A program made the position numbers and the translations under genes. From a virus (lineage: Duplodnaviria > Caudoviricetes), in IMG/VR virus record IMGVR_UViG_3300017722_003002, positions 1-27,618 of that record: 27,618 nt of DNA; one strand, written 5' to 3'. Position 1 is the stretch's first letter. Each line of letters begins with the position of its first letter. Shown here piece by piece: positions 1-9,797 of this stretch. The notes beneath the pieces are model-generated. The model worked only from the letters and a program-made list of their open reading frames with translations, searched no databases and was not told the DNA's origin.

Positions 1-1
1 G

Positions 2-3000
2 CAATGGGCGAACAAAACATTGATGGCGGAGTCAAAGACACCTGGCTCAACTCCTAAAGCTGACCTTGCTCGGGCAAATGCAATTATCAGAAAATCTACC
101 CACATTGCCCCTAGCAAAGATGGTTCGGGTACAGGTGAGGCTAACAAAGCCGTTTCACCTTTAGGCAAAGTAGCTCAGGATGAGGGGTTGACCCCCGGCA
201 CTCCTGCTTTCAATGCACGTGTTCAGGCGTTGCAAAAAGAACGGTCAGAGGTAAAACTGACCACTGATGACCGCAAAGCTATCAGGGAGTCGCAAGCGGC
301 AATTAGCGCCGGTAAAACGCTACTTGTGAATCTTAAAAAAGCCATAGATATCAATGAAAAAGCGTATTCGGGTTTTGGTGCAGGTGTGCGCCGCAGTATT
401 GGCAGAAATTTACCCATTGTCGGAGATTCAGAAGGCGTAAAAGCAACCACTGAGCTTGAAAACCTCATGGGCAAAAATGCATTGAGCCAGTTAAAAATCA
501 TTTTTGGTGGTAGTCCTACAGAAGGCGAACGCGCTCTTTTGCTGGAGCTTGAAGGTGCACTGAGCATGAGTGCAGGTGAGCGTAAGATTATTTTTGAAAA
601 CGCCATGGCCGCCGCTGTTCGAAAACTCAAAGAGCATGAAGAAATCATTAAAGAGACGAAGTCTGGCTCTATGCACAAAGCGCAGACAGATGAGTTTGCA
701 GAAGGTGGCTTTGTCAAGATGCAAGACGGTGGCGGGATGGCGGAGTTGGATGATGACCAGTTGTTTCAAAAGCTCTACGGTGCCAATGTCAGCCAAGGTC
801 CTCGGGGGCGGCAAGAGTCTGCCATGCTTGGCGCTGGACGCAAGATGGGTCCTGGGTATGGTTCAGTTGAGGGTCATGTCAGCCGCACCCCCGATGTGAG
901 TCCGCAGAATTTTGGCGCCTTGGCTGCCCGTTACTCTGTTCCTGTAGGACAAGGCCAAGTGGCAATGTCTGCCATGCAACCAGCAGGTGTTCCTGTCCGT
1001 TTGGCTGACTTACAAGCCTCGTATCCTGTGGGTCGGGGCAACTTAGGTGTGGGTGTAGCAGCATCGCGTTACTTGCCTGCAAACAAAAACCAAGTGGATG
1101 CACGTTTTATCAACTACGACCGTCCTGTGGGCTCTGGCACCTTCAACTTTGGTGCAACCAAGCCCACGCAAGGCCCTGCACAATACAATGCCAATTACCG
1201 CATGAATTTTGCAGACGGTGGTGCTGTCCGGATGGAGGATGGTGGTAAGCCACAACGTGCATACGTGCCGACAGAGGAAGACGCGGATTACTCGCTTGCT
1301 AATTTTGCACGTGCTGCTGGTCAAGGTGCGGGGTTCTCATTTGGTGATGAGGCCATAGCAAGGGTGCGGGCGCAGATGGAAAATAGGCCGTATGAGGAAG
1401 TGCTTGATGAGGAACGAGCCAAGTATGAGGCTTTTGTCAACAAAAACCCCTACACCGCTTTAGGCACAGAGTTGGTAAGCGGTCTCGTGCCTTCCTTAGC
1501 AATGAGCATGGTGCCAGGTGGGCAAGCACCCGCAGTTGGTATCAACCTGAGCCGTGGCAAGCGACTGTACGACCTTGCAAAAACCTCAGGAAGCGCAGGC
1601 GCACAAGGATTCGTGTCTGGTGTAGGGGCGGGGGAAGGAGATGCGGGGAATCGCCTGTCTGAAGGCGTTAAAACCGGAACAACAACCGCGGTGGTGGCAC
1701 CAGCGATTTCTAAACTCATCACCAAGGGTGGTCAAGGACTTAGTGCAGTCAAAAAAGCAATCTTCCCAAATGCAACAGATGTTACTGATGCAGCCATCAA
1801 CAAAGTGCTCAACGCAATGAACCGTGATTCTGTTGGCATGGGTTCACTTAAACGAACCATGGCGCAGGATGCTGCCTTAAATGTCAAGTCAACAGTTGCT
1901 GATGTTACCCCTTCCCTTACCAGCCTAGGGGAGGCGGTGGTGACCAAACCAGGAGGCGGTAAAAAGATTTTGGGTGACACTATGGAAAAACGCCTTGAAT
2001 CTGGGCGTCAAAGTGTTGCTGACAAAGTCACAAAGTCTGTGGGTAAAAATGCAAATTACGCAGATCAGGAAACCAAGATGCTGAGTGTGTTGAGGGGCAA
2101 TGCAGATAGTGCCTACAAAGATGCTTACGCCTTTGGCACAGTGAATGACCCAAGAATCACAAAAGTGTTAGAAGATCCCACCTTCAAAAAGGCCTATGAA
2201 GAAGCCCGTTCTATTGCAGAAAAAGAGAAACTGGCAGCGCAGTTACGGGGTGAGGACACGAGTCGCTTTGAACTCAAACGACTTTACACTGTTAGCCCAG
2301 ATGGCACAACACGGGTCACTCAGATGCCCGATGTCCGCACACTTGACTACATCAAACGGGGCATAGACTCAATAATTGATAAGGGTTTTGGAGGCACCAA
2401 TCCCTTGTCTAAAACTGAGGCCAATGCACTTAAAGATGTGAAGAAAGAGTTTGTGAAGGTCATTGATAGTGTGACCACAGACCCAGCAACAGGGGTTTCC
2501 AAGTATGCACAGGCACGCACCAAGTATGCAGGAGATAGTGAGGTGTTGGAGGCGTTGAGGTTTGGTAAGGATGAGTTTTTGAAGAAAGGCTTTATGCCAG
2601 ATCAGGCAAAGGCGATGGTCAAAAACATGTCTGATGCTGAAAAGAACGCACTGCGGGCTGGTGTAGCACAAAGTATTCTCAACGACATCTTGACTCGCCC
2701 ACAACAAATCAATGCTGCTCAAATCGTCATCTCAGCACCTGCAACCAAGGCCCGTCTTGCTGCCCTGTTTGACAACCCGAATGACTACAAGCTGTTTGAG
2801 GCAGCGTTGGAGCGGGAGGCACAATTGTTCCGTAACGCTCAAGACATTGTGCGAAATAGCCGCACCGCTCCCCGTGCTGCTGCGTTAAAAGATTTGGATG
2901 AAAATTCTGTTGTTGACATTACAGGCCAATTGCTTGATCTGAGTTCTTCAAGTGGGCCTGGTTCCATGCTTGCCAAAGTATTTAAAATCTACCAATCAGG

Positions 3001-3286
3001 CTTGCCCATGAGTGAAAAGGTTGCCAATGAGGTAGCCGAAATGCTGAAAACAGGCTCCCCCCGTGAGGTGCAGAAGTTGACAGCAAAGTTGGAGGCACAA
3101 ATGCAGAAGCAATCGCAACAGGCAGCTAAAAATGCTGTACGCGAAAAAAGAATGACTAGTGCTATGAGTGTGTCAGCGGGTGAGGCACCCTCTTCAAGCA
3201 AAAAGCAGCCCTCTGTAGAACAGAGGTTAAAGGATGAGGATGCTACATTTGAAGAACTGAAAAAGAAATACGCAACAGAGGAGTAA
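2..3286 (+). CDS. Large putative internal virion/DNA-ejection protein, 5'-partial; apparent multi-module polyprotein
   Basis: The frame is open from base 2 (QWANKTLM...), so the true start is probably upstream of the window. Ala/Gly/Lys-rich helical segments (e.g. ARAAGQGAGFSFGDEAIARV) resemble phage ejection proteins. Two FA[ED]GGxV[KR]MxDGG motifs divide the protein. It lies at the end of the late module. Confidence 0.6.
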   Translation, partial: QWANKTLMAESKTPGSTPKADLARANAIIRKSTHIAPSKDGSGTGEANKAVSPLGKVAQDEGLTPGTPAFNARVQALQKERSEVKLTTDDRKAIRESQAAISAGKTLLVNLKKAIDINEKAYSGFGAGVRRSIGRNLPIVGDSEGVKATTELENLMGKNALSQLKIIFGGSPTEGERALLLELEGALSMSAGERKIIFENAMAAAVRKLKEHEEIIKETKSGSMHKAQTDEFAEGGFVKMQDGGGMAELDDDQLFQKLYGANVSQGPRGRQESAMLGAGRKMGPGYGSVEGHVSRTPDVSPQNFGALAARYSVPVGQGQVAMSAMQPAGVPVRLADLQASYPVGRGNLGVGVAASRYLPANKNQVDARFINYDRPVGSGTFNFGATKPTQGPAQYNANYRMNFADGGAVRMEDGGKPQRAYVPTEEDADYSLANFARAAGQGAGFSFGDEAIARVRAQMENRPYEEVLDEERAKYEAFVNKNPYTALGTELVSGLVPSLAMSMVPGGQAPAVGINLSRGKRLYDLAKTSGSAGAQGFVSGVGAGEGDAGNRLSEGVKTGTTTAVVAPAISKLITKGGQGLSAVKKAIFPNATDVTDAAINKVLNAMNRDSVGMGSLKRTMAQDAALNVKSTVADVTPSLTSLGEAVVTKPGGGKKILGDTMEKRLESGRQSVADKVTKSVGKNANYADQETKMLSVLRGNADSAYKDAYAFGTVNDPRITKVLEDPTFKKAYEEARSIAEKEKLAAQLRGEDTSRFELKRLYTVSPDGTTRVTQMPDVRTLDYIKRGIDSIIDKGFGGTNPLSKTEANALKDVKKEFVKVIDSVTTDPATGVSKYAQARTKYAGDSEVLEALRFGKDEFLKKGFMPDQAKAMVKNMSDAEKNALRAGVAQSILNDILTRPQQINAAQIVISAPATKARLAALFDNPNDYKLFEAALEREAQLFRNAQDIVRNSRTAPRAAALKDLDENSVVDITGQLLDLSSSSGPGSMLAKVFKIYQSGLPMSEKVANEVAEMLKTGSPREVQKLTAKLEAQMQKQSQQAAKNAVREKRMTSAMSVSAGEAPSSSKKQPSVEQRLKDEDATFEELKKKYATEE

Positions 3287-3290
3287 TCAC

Positions 3291-3551
3291 ATGGCAACGA
3301 AAAAGAATGTGTCATTGAGTATTGGCAGGGGTGAAAAGTTGCCGGTCTCCAAGGGCGCTGGGTTGACAGAAAAAGGCAGGGCAAAGTACAATGCTGCAAC
3401 TGGCTCTAACCTTAAACCGCCTGCCCCCAACCCTAAGACCACGGCAGATCAGGGGCGTAAGGATTCATTTTGTGCAAGAATGGGCGCTGTGGCAGCCAAT
3501 GCCAAAGATGGTGAACGTGCCAAAGCAGCCCTTAAACGATGGAAGTGTTAA
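3291..3551 (+). CDS. Small basic phage protein (RKDSFCARM...ALKRWKC; DUF6321-like from memory)
   Basis: 86-aa ORF starting 4 nt after the previous stop; Lys/Arg-rich; the SFCARM and terminal W-x-C motifs are recognisable from a conserved phage family. Confidence 0.7.
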   Translation: MATKKNVSLSIGRGEKLPVSKGAGLTEKGRAKYNAATGSNLKPPAPNPKTTADQGRKDSFCARMGAVAANAKDGERAKAALKRWKC

Positions 3552-3554
3552 ATC

Positions 3555-3713
3555 ATGGCAACCAAACCCGGACTGTACGCAAACATTCACGCAAAACGTG
3601 AGCGGATCAAAGAGGGCTCGGGTGAGAGTATGAGAAAGCCTGGCACCAAAAACGCACCCACTCCCGCTAACTTTAAAGCAGCTGAGAAGACAGTCAAAAA
3701 GAGCAACAAGTAA
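3555..3713 (+). CDS. Small basic phage protein, 52 aa (MATKPGLYANIHAKRERIKEGSGESMRKPG...)
   Basis: Not in the ORF track. ATG at 3555; TAA at 3711-3713 overlaps the next ATG (TAATG). It fills the gap exactly, and the GLYANIHAKR motif resembles a common phage microprotein family. Confidence 0.75.
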   Translation: MATKPGLYANIHAKRERIKEGSGESMRKPGTKNAPTPANFKAAEKTVKKSNK

Positions 3714-4345
3714 TGGCTGAAGAACAGCAAGATCTTCTTTATAAGTATGGCAGGCCACCTGTCGATCTTGACCAACTGAGTCAGCAATATGATGATGGTG
3801 CCCATCTTTTAGGTTCAAATCCTAACATGATGCCGGTGGGCCTTTTTCCAAAACCCAAGCCCCGCCCTGTAGCTGAACCACCTGCTAACTTGCCCCGCCA
3901 ACCAGTTTCCATTCTTGGTACTGTAGCACCTCCACCTGTTCAAATACCCTCTATTATTGACCAAATTCCTGGTCAATCTGCACCTGCTACTGCTAAACCT
4001 GTTAACCCTTTTACAGAAGTATTTAGCAGTCCAGACAAAATGGAAAAGTTTGCATTGGGTTTACAAAATTCTCCTTCATTCACAGATCCCGCTGCTGCTA
4101 AAACTGCCAGAAACAGGGGAATGGCGTTAACTAACTGGATGAGAACTCTTGAAAAACCCTCAACAGATCCAAAAAAAGTGTTTAATCAATATAGGGAAGC
4201 AAGAGCAGTGGGGTTCGCTCTTGCAAATCAATACAGCATGGCAGGGGACAGAGAAACAGCAAACATGTTGGAGGAGGCACTTATTGATTGGTCTAAACCA
4301 GGAATACCACCCATGCCAGAAAAAAAATCGAAAGGTAAGAAATAA
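3713..4345 (+). CDS. Hypothetical protein, Pro-rich N-terminal half, in the virion module
   Basis: 210-aa ORF translationally coupled on both sides (TAATG overlaps at 3713 and 4345). Confidence 0.7.
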   Translation: MAEEQQDLLYKYGRPPVDLDQLSQQYDDGAHLLGSNPNMMPVGLFPKPKPRPVAEPPANLPRQPVSILGTVAPPPVQIPSIIDQIPGQSAPATAKPVNPFTEVFSSPDKMEKFALGLQNSPSFTDPAAAKTARNRGMALTNWMRTLEKPSTDPKKVFNQYREARAVGFALANQYSMAGDRETANMLEEALIDWSKPGIPPMPEKKSKGKK

Positions 4346-7300
4346 TGGCTGCCATTTTTGACGTAAACGGGGCATATGCAGGGGATGATGGCATGGGTGA
4401 TGACACCCCCGCTCCTAAACCTGCCATGAATCCAGAGGTTGCAAGGCTACTAGCCCGCTACCCAGCGCCCAACTTCTACAACCGCCCATTGGTTGGTGAC
4501 ATGTCACCAAGGCAGATGGTTGGAAAAGCCATTCAAAAAGGGTTTGAGGTACGGGACACTCTTAGGGATGCTGGCAAAATTGGGTTGATGGTGCATCCTG
4601 CAACCGCTCAATACGCCGCTGCTGTTCCCATGGCTCTTGCACAAGGTGAAATGCTGTTAGGCAGAGCACAAAAGTATGGTGCAGAAAAGATGTACGAGCT
4701 TGCTGGTGATGAAGAAAACGCCGCTCGTATTGCTGAACAAAAGTCACCTGAATTTGCATCCTTGGTGCAAAAATACTACAAGCCTTTGATGGCAACAAGC
4801 CCATCGGGAAAAGCGATTCAAGAACCTGCATTAAAGTTTTTGATGGAAAATGTGCCTATGGTGCCCTCTGGTCCTAAGGGCTCTGGGTTTGCGCCTTCAC
4901 CTCCTAGCCGTCCCCTGCTCACACCTAACGATGCACGTGCTATTTTAGGTGAAACAGCTCGAGCAAAAGATGTGGTTTCACAAATTCCAACGGATGTTGG
5001 AAATGTGGTTCGTTCTAACATCACACGTATTGACCCTATAACTGGCAAACCATCTGTAGGTAGTCAAATTGGTCAAGTGGTGGCTAGGCCCACAAGAGCA
5101 GTACAAAAGGGTGCAAGTGCAATTGAAGATGTAACCATTGGCAATGTGGAGCGTGCAAAGGTTCGTAGAGCAGCAAGACAGGCGCCAACAGATGATGCTG
5201 TTTATGACCCATTGCGGGAACGCATGCAGGCTTCTGGTAACTTGGCGTTTGCTGTCAAACCAAGCGGTGGCAACTTTCCAACAACCTTGGGTGCAACTAA
5301 ATCAATAGAAGAACTTGCCAACATTTCTCCTGTATACAGTCACCTAAATGCCTCTGCTCCTGACCTCCACTACACCCCTGTCAATGACATTCCAGGGCTT
5401 GGAAAAACGCATTATATTGAATGGAAACAAAATGTACTTGACACCAATCAACGGGAGGCTTTTGATAAGTTTCTTACGGCTGAAATAACAAATGAATCAA
5501 AATCGTGGCAAGACTGGGTACAAAAGTACCCAGCTATTTTAGAACAGCCAACTGTTCGTTTTAACATTGAGGGGGTAGATCAGGATATAAGCCCTGCAGC
5601 ACTACTGCAGGATTCTGGGTTTGCCCCATCTGTTTTGCCTAGTAGACTTAACTTTTATGACTTGCCTAAAAATGTTAAAAATGTTGTCTTAAACAGTGCA
5701 AGCGATAATTTTACTAAGCAATGGAATGAGGAAAATGCAGATTCACCACTTGCACAGATCCCCGGTTCTTCTTTAGACCTTGGCAAAGTAATTGAGCCCT
5801 ATTATGACTGGATGACCAAAGGCCCCTACCTCAACTACATTACCAAACAAATGGGCACTGGCACCAAGAATGACCCGTTTGTCAAGTCAGCAGAAAAAGA
5901 TGTGTTTGTGGGTGACCCTGACTTTGTAACAGATTCAAACTACTACAGTCGGGCACAAGCCATGGGTGAAAATGAACGTCAATACGCTATGAGTAATCAT
6001 TCTGCTGACGTTTTGGCAAAAAATCCAGAAATCGGTACTCAAACAGCAACTACCCCATTGGGTCAAAAAGTTGAAAACATGAGTGACGCCTCTATTACTT
6101 CTGACTATTGGAATGATGATAAAGTCCAAACTCAACAACCTGCCTCATTAACCTTTGACCCACAAAGTCAACGGTGGGTATCAAGGCGGGGAGAAAATTC
6201 AAATAGTGTAAGAGCTTCTGAGTTTCAAGATGAGGCGGAAGCACAGGCGTGGCATGAGGACTTGATAAGGGATGACGGCTACACAGGTCCTGCCTTTCCT
6301 TACATGTCAAGGGTCCCAGATGATGTTCCAATCTACGACATCAATGACCGGTACATAGACAAGATGGGCTTGGAAAATGTGCGAAAAAATGTTCTTAGAA
6401 GCCTGATAAGAGGTGACATTGCATCAGAAGACTTGAAAAAAGTTGACATGACTGCTGCTATTAACTTGACGCACAAACAGCAGAAGGCAGAAGAAAAAGC
6501 AAGACAAAACAGCAAGAAAGCATACAACGATTGGCGCTACAACCGTATTCAAGAATACCCCGCTTCTGTTCTCTTTACAGAGCCTGTGGGCATCACACCT
6601 GCAGGGTCAAAGGTAGTAGAATTTAACAAAGCATTCATTGATGCAAACCCTGAGATGTACATTCGGGATTTTTGTGTTCTTACCAAAGACTTGAATTTCT
6701 GTCTTGCCCGTGGCGGTCACGGTACTCCTGACTACCCCGGTCACTCCCCTTTGGTTGAGCCGCACACAGGTCTTGTACCAAGAGGCAACGACACCACCTC
6801 CTCTGGCTACATTGATGAGGCATTAGCAGGGCGAGAAATGTTTCCTGCTGTCTTTGCCCCCGACGGCTCAGCGCAGGGTGCGATGCAGGTGCGTCTACGC
6901 ACACCGAATCCAGATGATATACAGCAAGATGTAAGGCGCTACCTTTTAGAAAACGGCATGAACCAAATTGACGCCCTTCCAGTTGGTGTGCGGAACTTTA
7001 TACAGACTGGAAGACAATGGAAGGCAGCTGTTACTGAAATGCCTGAATTGCAAAAATTTATGGATGACAAAACAACCTACAAAATAGATCAAATAAAGGG
7101 TGAGAATAACAGCAAAATAGACCCTCGTTTTGAGGCACCTATCCGTGCATGGTTAAATCAAAACAATGACAAATTAGACAGCCGGGTTAACGACATGCAT
7201 AACCTTCCCAATACCCTTGACTTGTTGGAAAATCATCAACGGGATGCTGTTAAATTTAACCCCCTGTTTGACCACCACGCAATAGATGACTTGTTGATGG

Positions 7301-9714
7301 AAGTAGCAGGTGAGGCAGGGCGTGAGGCGCAAATGGATTTGGTCATGTATTTAGACAACGCCGCTGACCAAAACCTTGTTCCACCGGGTGAAGATTTCCA
7401 GGACTGGATACATGAGGTAGTAGGTGAGGCAGTTGGTAACAACAGCAAAAACACCTTTATGGCAGCGCTTGACCCAGCAAAATTGACTGATCAACTTTTA
7501 AAAGACATTGACAAGGCATGGAAAATTTATCGCAATGAGTACAACGAGGCTTTAATGCAGGGATTGGGTGGAAAGAGGTTTATTGGGGAGGAAGATATAC
7601 TGGATGCATCTTATAAATATGGCATGCCCATGTCCGTACTTGCACCACCATTTAAAACTACTACTGAGCTTGGTCAAATGACTGTGCAAGAATTGGCAGG
7701 GGAAGTCAAGCGTGCTCAAGATGTTTACGACCGTGCTTACCAAATTAACAGGCGCCAAAAAGATGGTCAACAAGATGTTTACAACACAGATGATTTTAGG
7801 AGTTATGCAGACAAGGTAAAAGATGCTTTTACAGAGGCAAGAATAAACAGTTTTTCAACAGATGATTCTGCTAAAAAGTTACTGGATTATGCAAGAGGGC
7901 ATGATGGCAATCCAGATGTTGATTCTTTGCAAAATGTCATTGATAGATTTACAAATGAGCACAACGTAGATAGACTTTATGAGATATCTGGAATAGACAT
8001 ATTGCCAAGAACTACTGAGGACAAAAAGCAGCGGTTTACACAGGTTAAAGAACAAGTGCTAGAAAAACTGCATGCTGCCTTGGCAGAGGAAAAATCACGC
8101 CTGTTAACTGCACCATCAGCTGTGGAAACGAAAAGAAGAGCAAAAAGTACACTTGACCAAATCCATGAGCACTTTGATAGGTTGCAAAACGCACCCCCAG
8201 GCACCCGGTTTTACGAATCAGCTGAGTACAGAAATAACACCGGTATACAAGACCTCATCAACCGTTTTGAAAATGATGCAGTAGTTCGTGAGTTGCTTGC
8301 ACCGCTTTCAAAAGAGGAGAGGCATTTGGTAAGTCATGCCTTTACTGCAGGTCGCGACGTTAAGGTTCCAGAGTTTGTAAATGTACCCATAACACAGGAG
8401 TTGGCGTATGATGCACCACAAGAAATTGTAGGTGAACCAGGGGAAAGACACATAACCACTAACTTTGTTGGAAATGAAACAGGCGGGGAACGAGCACAGC
8501 AATACTTGACCTCTATCTGGAATGACATTCGCAATTCTGACGAATACCGAAATGCTGCTACAGAAACAGACCGTTACCGTGCAGTAAAAGCCAAGGTAGC
8601 TAAAAACTTACTGGCATTGAATGAGGGTTTCAAAACACCTACTCAAATGGGTTTGACTCGAACCCGTTACCAGTATTTGCAAGACAAGTTGGGGGATGCT
8701 GAGTCCAACATGGAAAATGCCATTAGGGATGCAGGAACCAGAGAGATGTTAGGTCAAGACAACCCATACCCTGTTGAACCTCAAGACCTTCAGCAAAGTT
8801 TTGACAACTTAACAGGTAAACTTGAAAACGGGGAAATTGATGCTCGTGCTTTAATTCACTACGCTGACTCCTTGCGCAATAACGGAGGCGTTCAATACTT
8901 GCACCGTCAAATGGGGCAAGATGAAAACGACATGTTCAATTTGGCAAGAGAGCTTGAGCAGTATGTTGAACGCTATGAGCGACAGGCAGGTGGCAATGAG
9001 CCGCCTGTTTTTGACCCAATGGCAGTGGCAGATGACTTGTTGACACAGGATATAGAACCTGACGGTCAATTAAACCTGCGTGCAGTTTACGACACCATGT
9101 ACGCTCTCACAAACGGTGTTCTAGATTATCCTGCTTTCCGAGGTAATACTGGGATGAATGCAGATGAGCATTTGCAAGCATCAAGAAATGTTTTGTGGTT
9201 GATGGCACATAAATTAGTAGAACAAGGTTACCCAGCACCCGACTTTATGCAAGGAATGATACCTCCTGTAGGGTTTGACTACCTCCCTGTTCCTGCACCA
9301 CAAGCACAGCAGTTGCAAGCACCTCCTGCAGAAATCAATGTGGACGATTTGAACCTGTTTGAGCCAGATCCTGGGCACCCAGCCAATGCACCAGCAAGAC
9401 AAGCTGCCACACCTGAACAACGCGACTTGCTTGACCGTTTGCACAATACATATCTTCAACAACTGCAAAACCCAGAACAAGCAACTTTGTTCTTCAATGA
9501 CTTTATGGCACAGTTTCCACAACTGCAAGGGCAAGAACGAGCAGTGATGAACATGATTGAAATTCGTGTTGCAGACTTGCAAGCACAGGCACAAGAACAA
9601 CAACAGCAAAGACAAAACCCAGAGGGGCGTGCAAGAGGTGGTTTGGTTCGACCACTTATGAGAAATTCACAACTTGCCTCCCTTCATTACCGGTACGGTG
9701 GCTTTTTGCATTAA
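4345..9714 (+). CDS. Very large (1789 aa) putative internal virion / polyvalent protein with a diverged PcfJ-like segment and C-terminal AxGG motifs
   Basis: Long uninterrupted ORF, last gene before the terminator. It contains the segment DLNFCLARGG...KIDQIKGENN...AWLN, an acidic C-terminal half, and ends RARGGLV...YRYGGFLH. Confidence 0.6.
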   Translation: MAAIFDVNGAYAGDDGMGDDTPAPKPAMNPEVARLLARYPAPNFYNRPLVGDMSPRQMVGKAIQKGFEVRDTLRDAGKIGLMVHPATAQYAAAVPMALAQGEMLLGRAQKYGAEKMYELAGDEENAARIAEQKSPEFASLVQKYYKPLMATSPSGKAIQEPALKFLMENVPMVPSGPKGSGFAPSPPSRPLLTPNDARAILGETARAKDVVSQIPTDVGNVVRSNITRIDPITGKPSVGSQIGQVVARPTRAVQKGASAIEDVTIGNVERAKVRRAARQAPTDDAVYDPLRERMQASGNLAFAVKPSGGNFPTTLGATKSIEELANISPVYSHLNASAPDLHYTPVNDIPGLGKTHYIEWKQNVLDTNQREAFDKFLTAEITNESKSWQDWVQKYPAILEQPTVRFNIEGVDQDISPAALLQDSGFAPSVLPSRLNFYDLPKNVKNVVLNSASDNFTKQWNEENADSPLAQIPGSSLDLGKVIEPYYDWMTKGPYLNYITKQMGTGTKNDPFVKSAEKDVFVGDPDFVTDSNYYSRAQAMGENERQYAMSNHSADVLAKNPEIGTQTATTPLGQKVENMSDASITSDYWNDDKVQTQQPASLTFDPQSQRWVSRRGENSNSVRASEFQDEAEAQAWHEDLIRDDGYTGPAFPYMSRVPDDVPIYDINDRYIDKMGLENVRKNVLRSLIRGDIASEDLKKVDMTAAINLTHKQQKAEEKARQNSKKAYNDWRYNRIQEYPASVLFTEPVGITPAGSKVVEFNKAFIDANPEMYIRDFCVLTKDLNFCLARGGHGTPDYPGHSPLVEPHTGLVPRGNDTTSSGYIDEALAGREMFPAVFAPDGSAQGAMQVRLRTPNPDDIQQDVRRYLLENGMNQIDALPVGVRNFIQTGRQWKAAVTEMPELQKFMDDKTTYKIDQIKGENNSKIDPRFEAPIRAWLNQNNDKLDSRVNDMHNLPNTLDLLENHQRDAVKFNPLFDHHAIDDLLMEVAGEAGREAQMDLVMYLDNAADQNLVPPGEDFQDWIHEVVGEAVGNNSKNTFMAALDPAKLTDQLLKDIDKAWKIYRNEYNEALMQGLGGKRFIGEEDILDASYKYGMPMSVLAPPFKTTTELGQMTVQELAGEVKRAQDVYDRAYQINRRQKDGQQDVYNTDDFRSYADKVKDAFTEARINSFSTDDSAKKLLDYARGHDGNPDVDSLQNVIDRFTNEHNVDRLYEISGIDILPRTTEDKKQRFTQVKEQVLEKLHAALAEEKSRLLTAPSAVETKRRAKSTLDQIHEHFDRLQNAPPGTRFYESAEYRNNTGIQDLINRFENDAVVRELLAPLSKEERHLVSHAFTAGRDVKVPEFVNVPITQELAYDAPQEIVGEPGERHITTNFVGNETGGERAQQYLTSIWNDIRNSDEYRNAATETDRYRAVKAKVAKNLLALNEGFKTPTQMGLTRTRYQYLQDKLGDAESNMENAIRDAGTREMLGQDNPYPVEPQDLQQSFDNLTGKLENGEIDARALIHYADSLRNNGGVQYLHRQMGQDENDMFNLARELEQYVERYERQAGGNEPPVFDPMAVADDLLTQDIEPDGQLNLRAVYDTMYALTNGVLDYPAFRGNTGMNADEHLQASRNVLWLMAHKLVEQGYPAPDFMQGMIPPVGFDYLPVPAPQAQQLQAPPAEINVDDLNLFEPDPGHPANAPARQAATPEQRDLLDRLHNTYLQQLQNPEQATLFFNDFMAQFPQLQGQERAVMNMIEIRVADLQAQAQEQQQQRQNPEGRARGGLVRPLMRNSQLASLHYRYGGFLH

Positions 9715-9759
9715 AATATCTGTTCTCCAGCGATATTATGCAGTTGCCAGGAGCCTCAT

Positions 9760-9789
9760 AGCCCTGCCCTAACCGGTGGGGCTTTTTTT
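9760..9789 (+). terminator. Rho-independent terminator ending the late module
   Basis: Hairpin AGCCCTGCC-ctaacc-GGTGGGGCT (9 bp including two G-U pairs) running into a T tract. Confidence 0.85.
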
Positions 9790-9797
9790 GCACTCTT

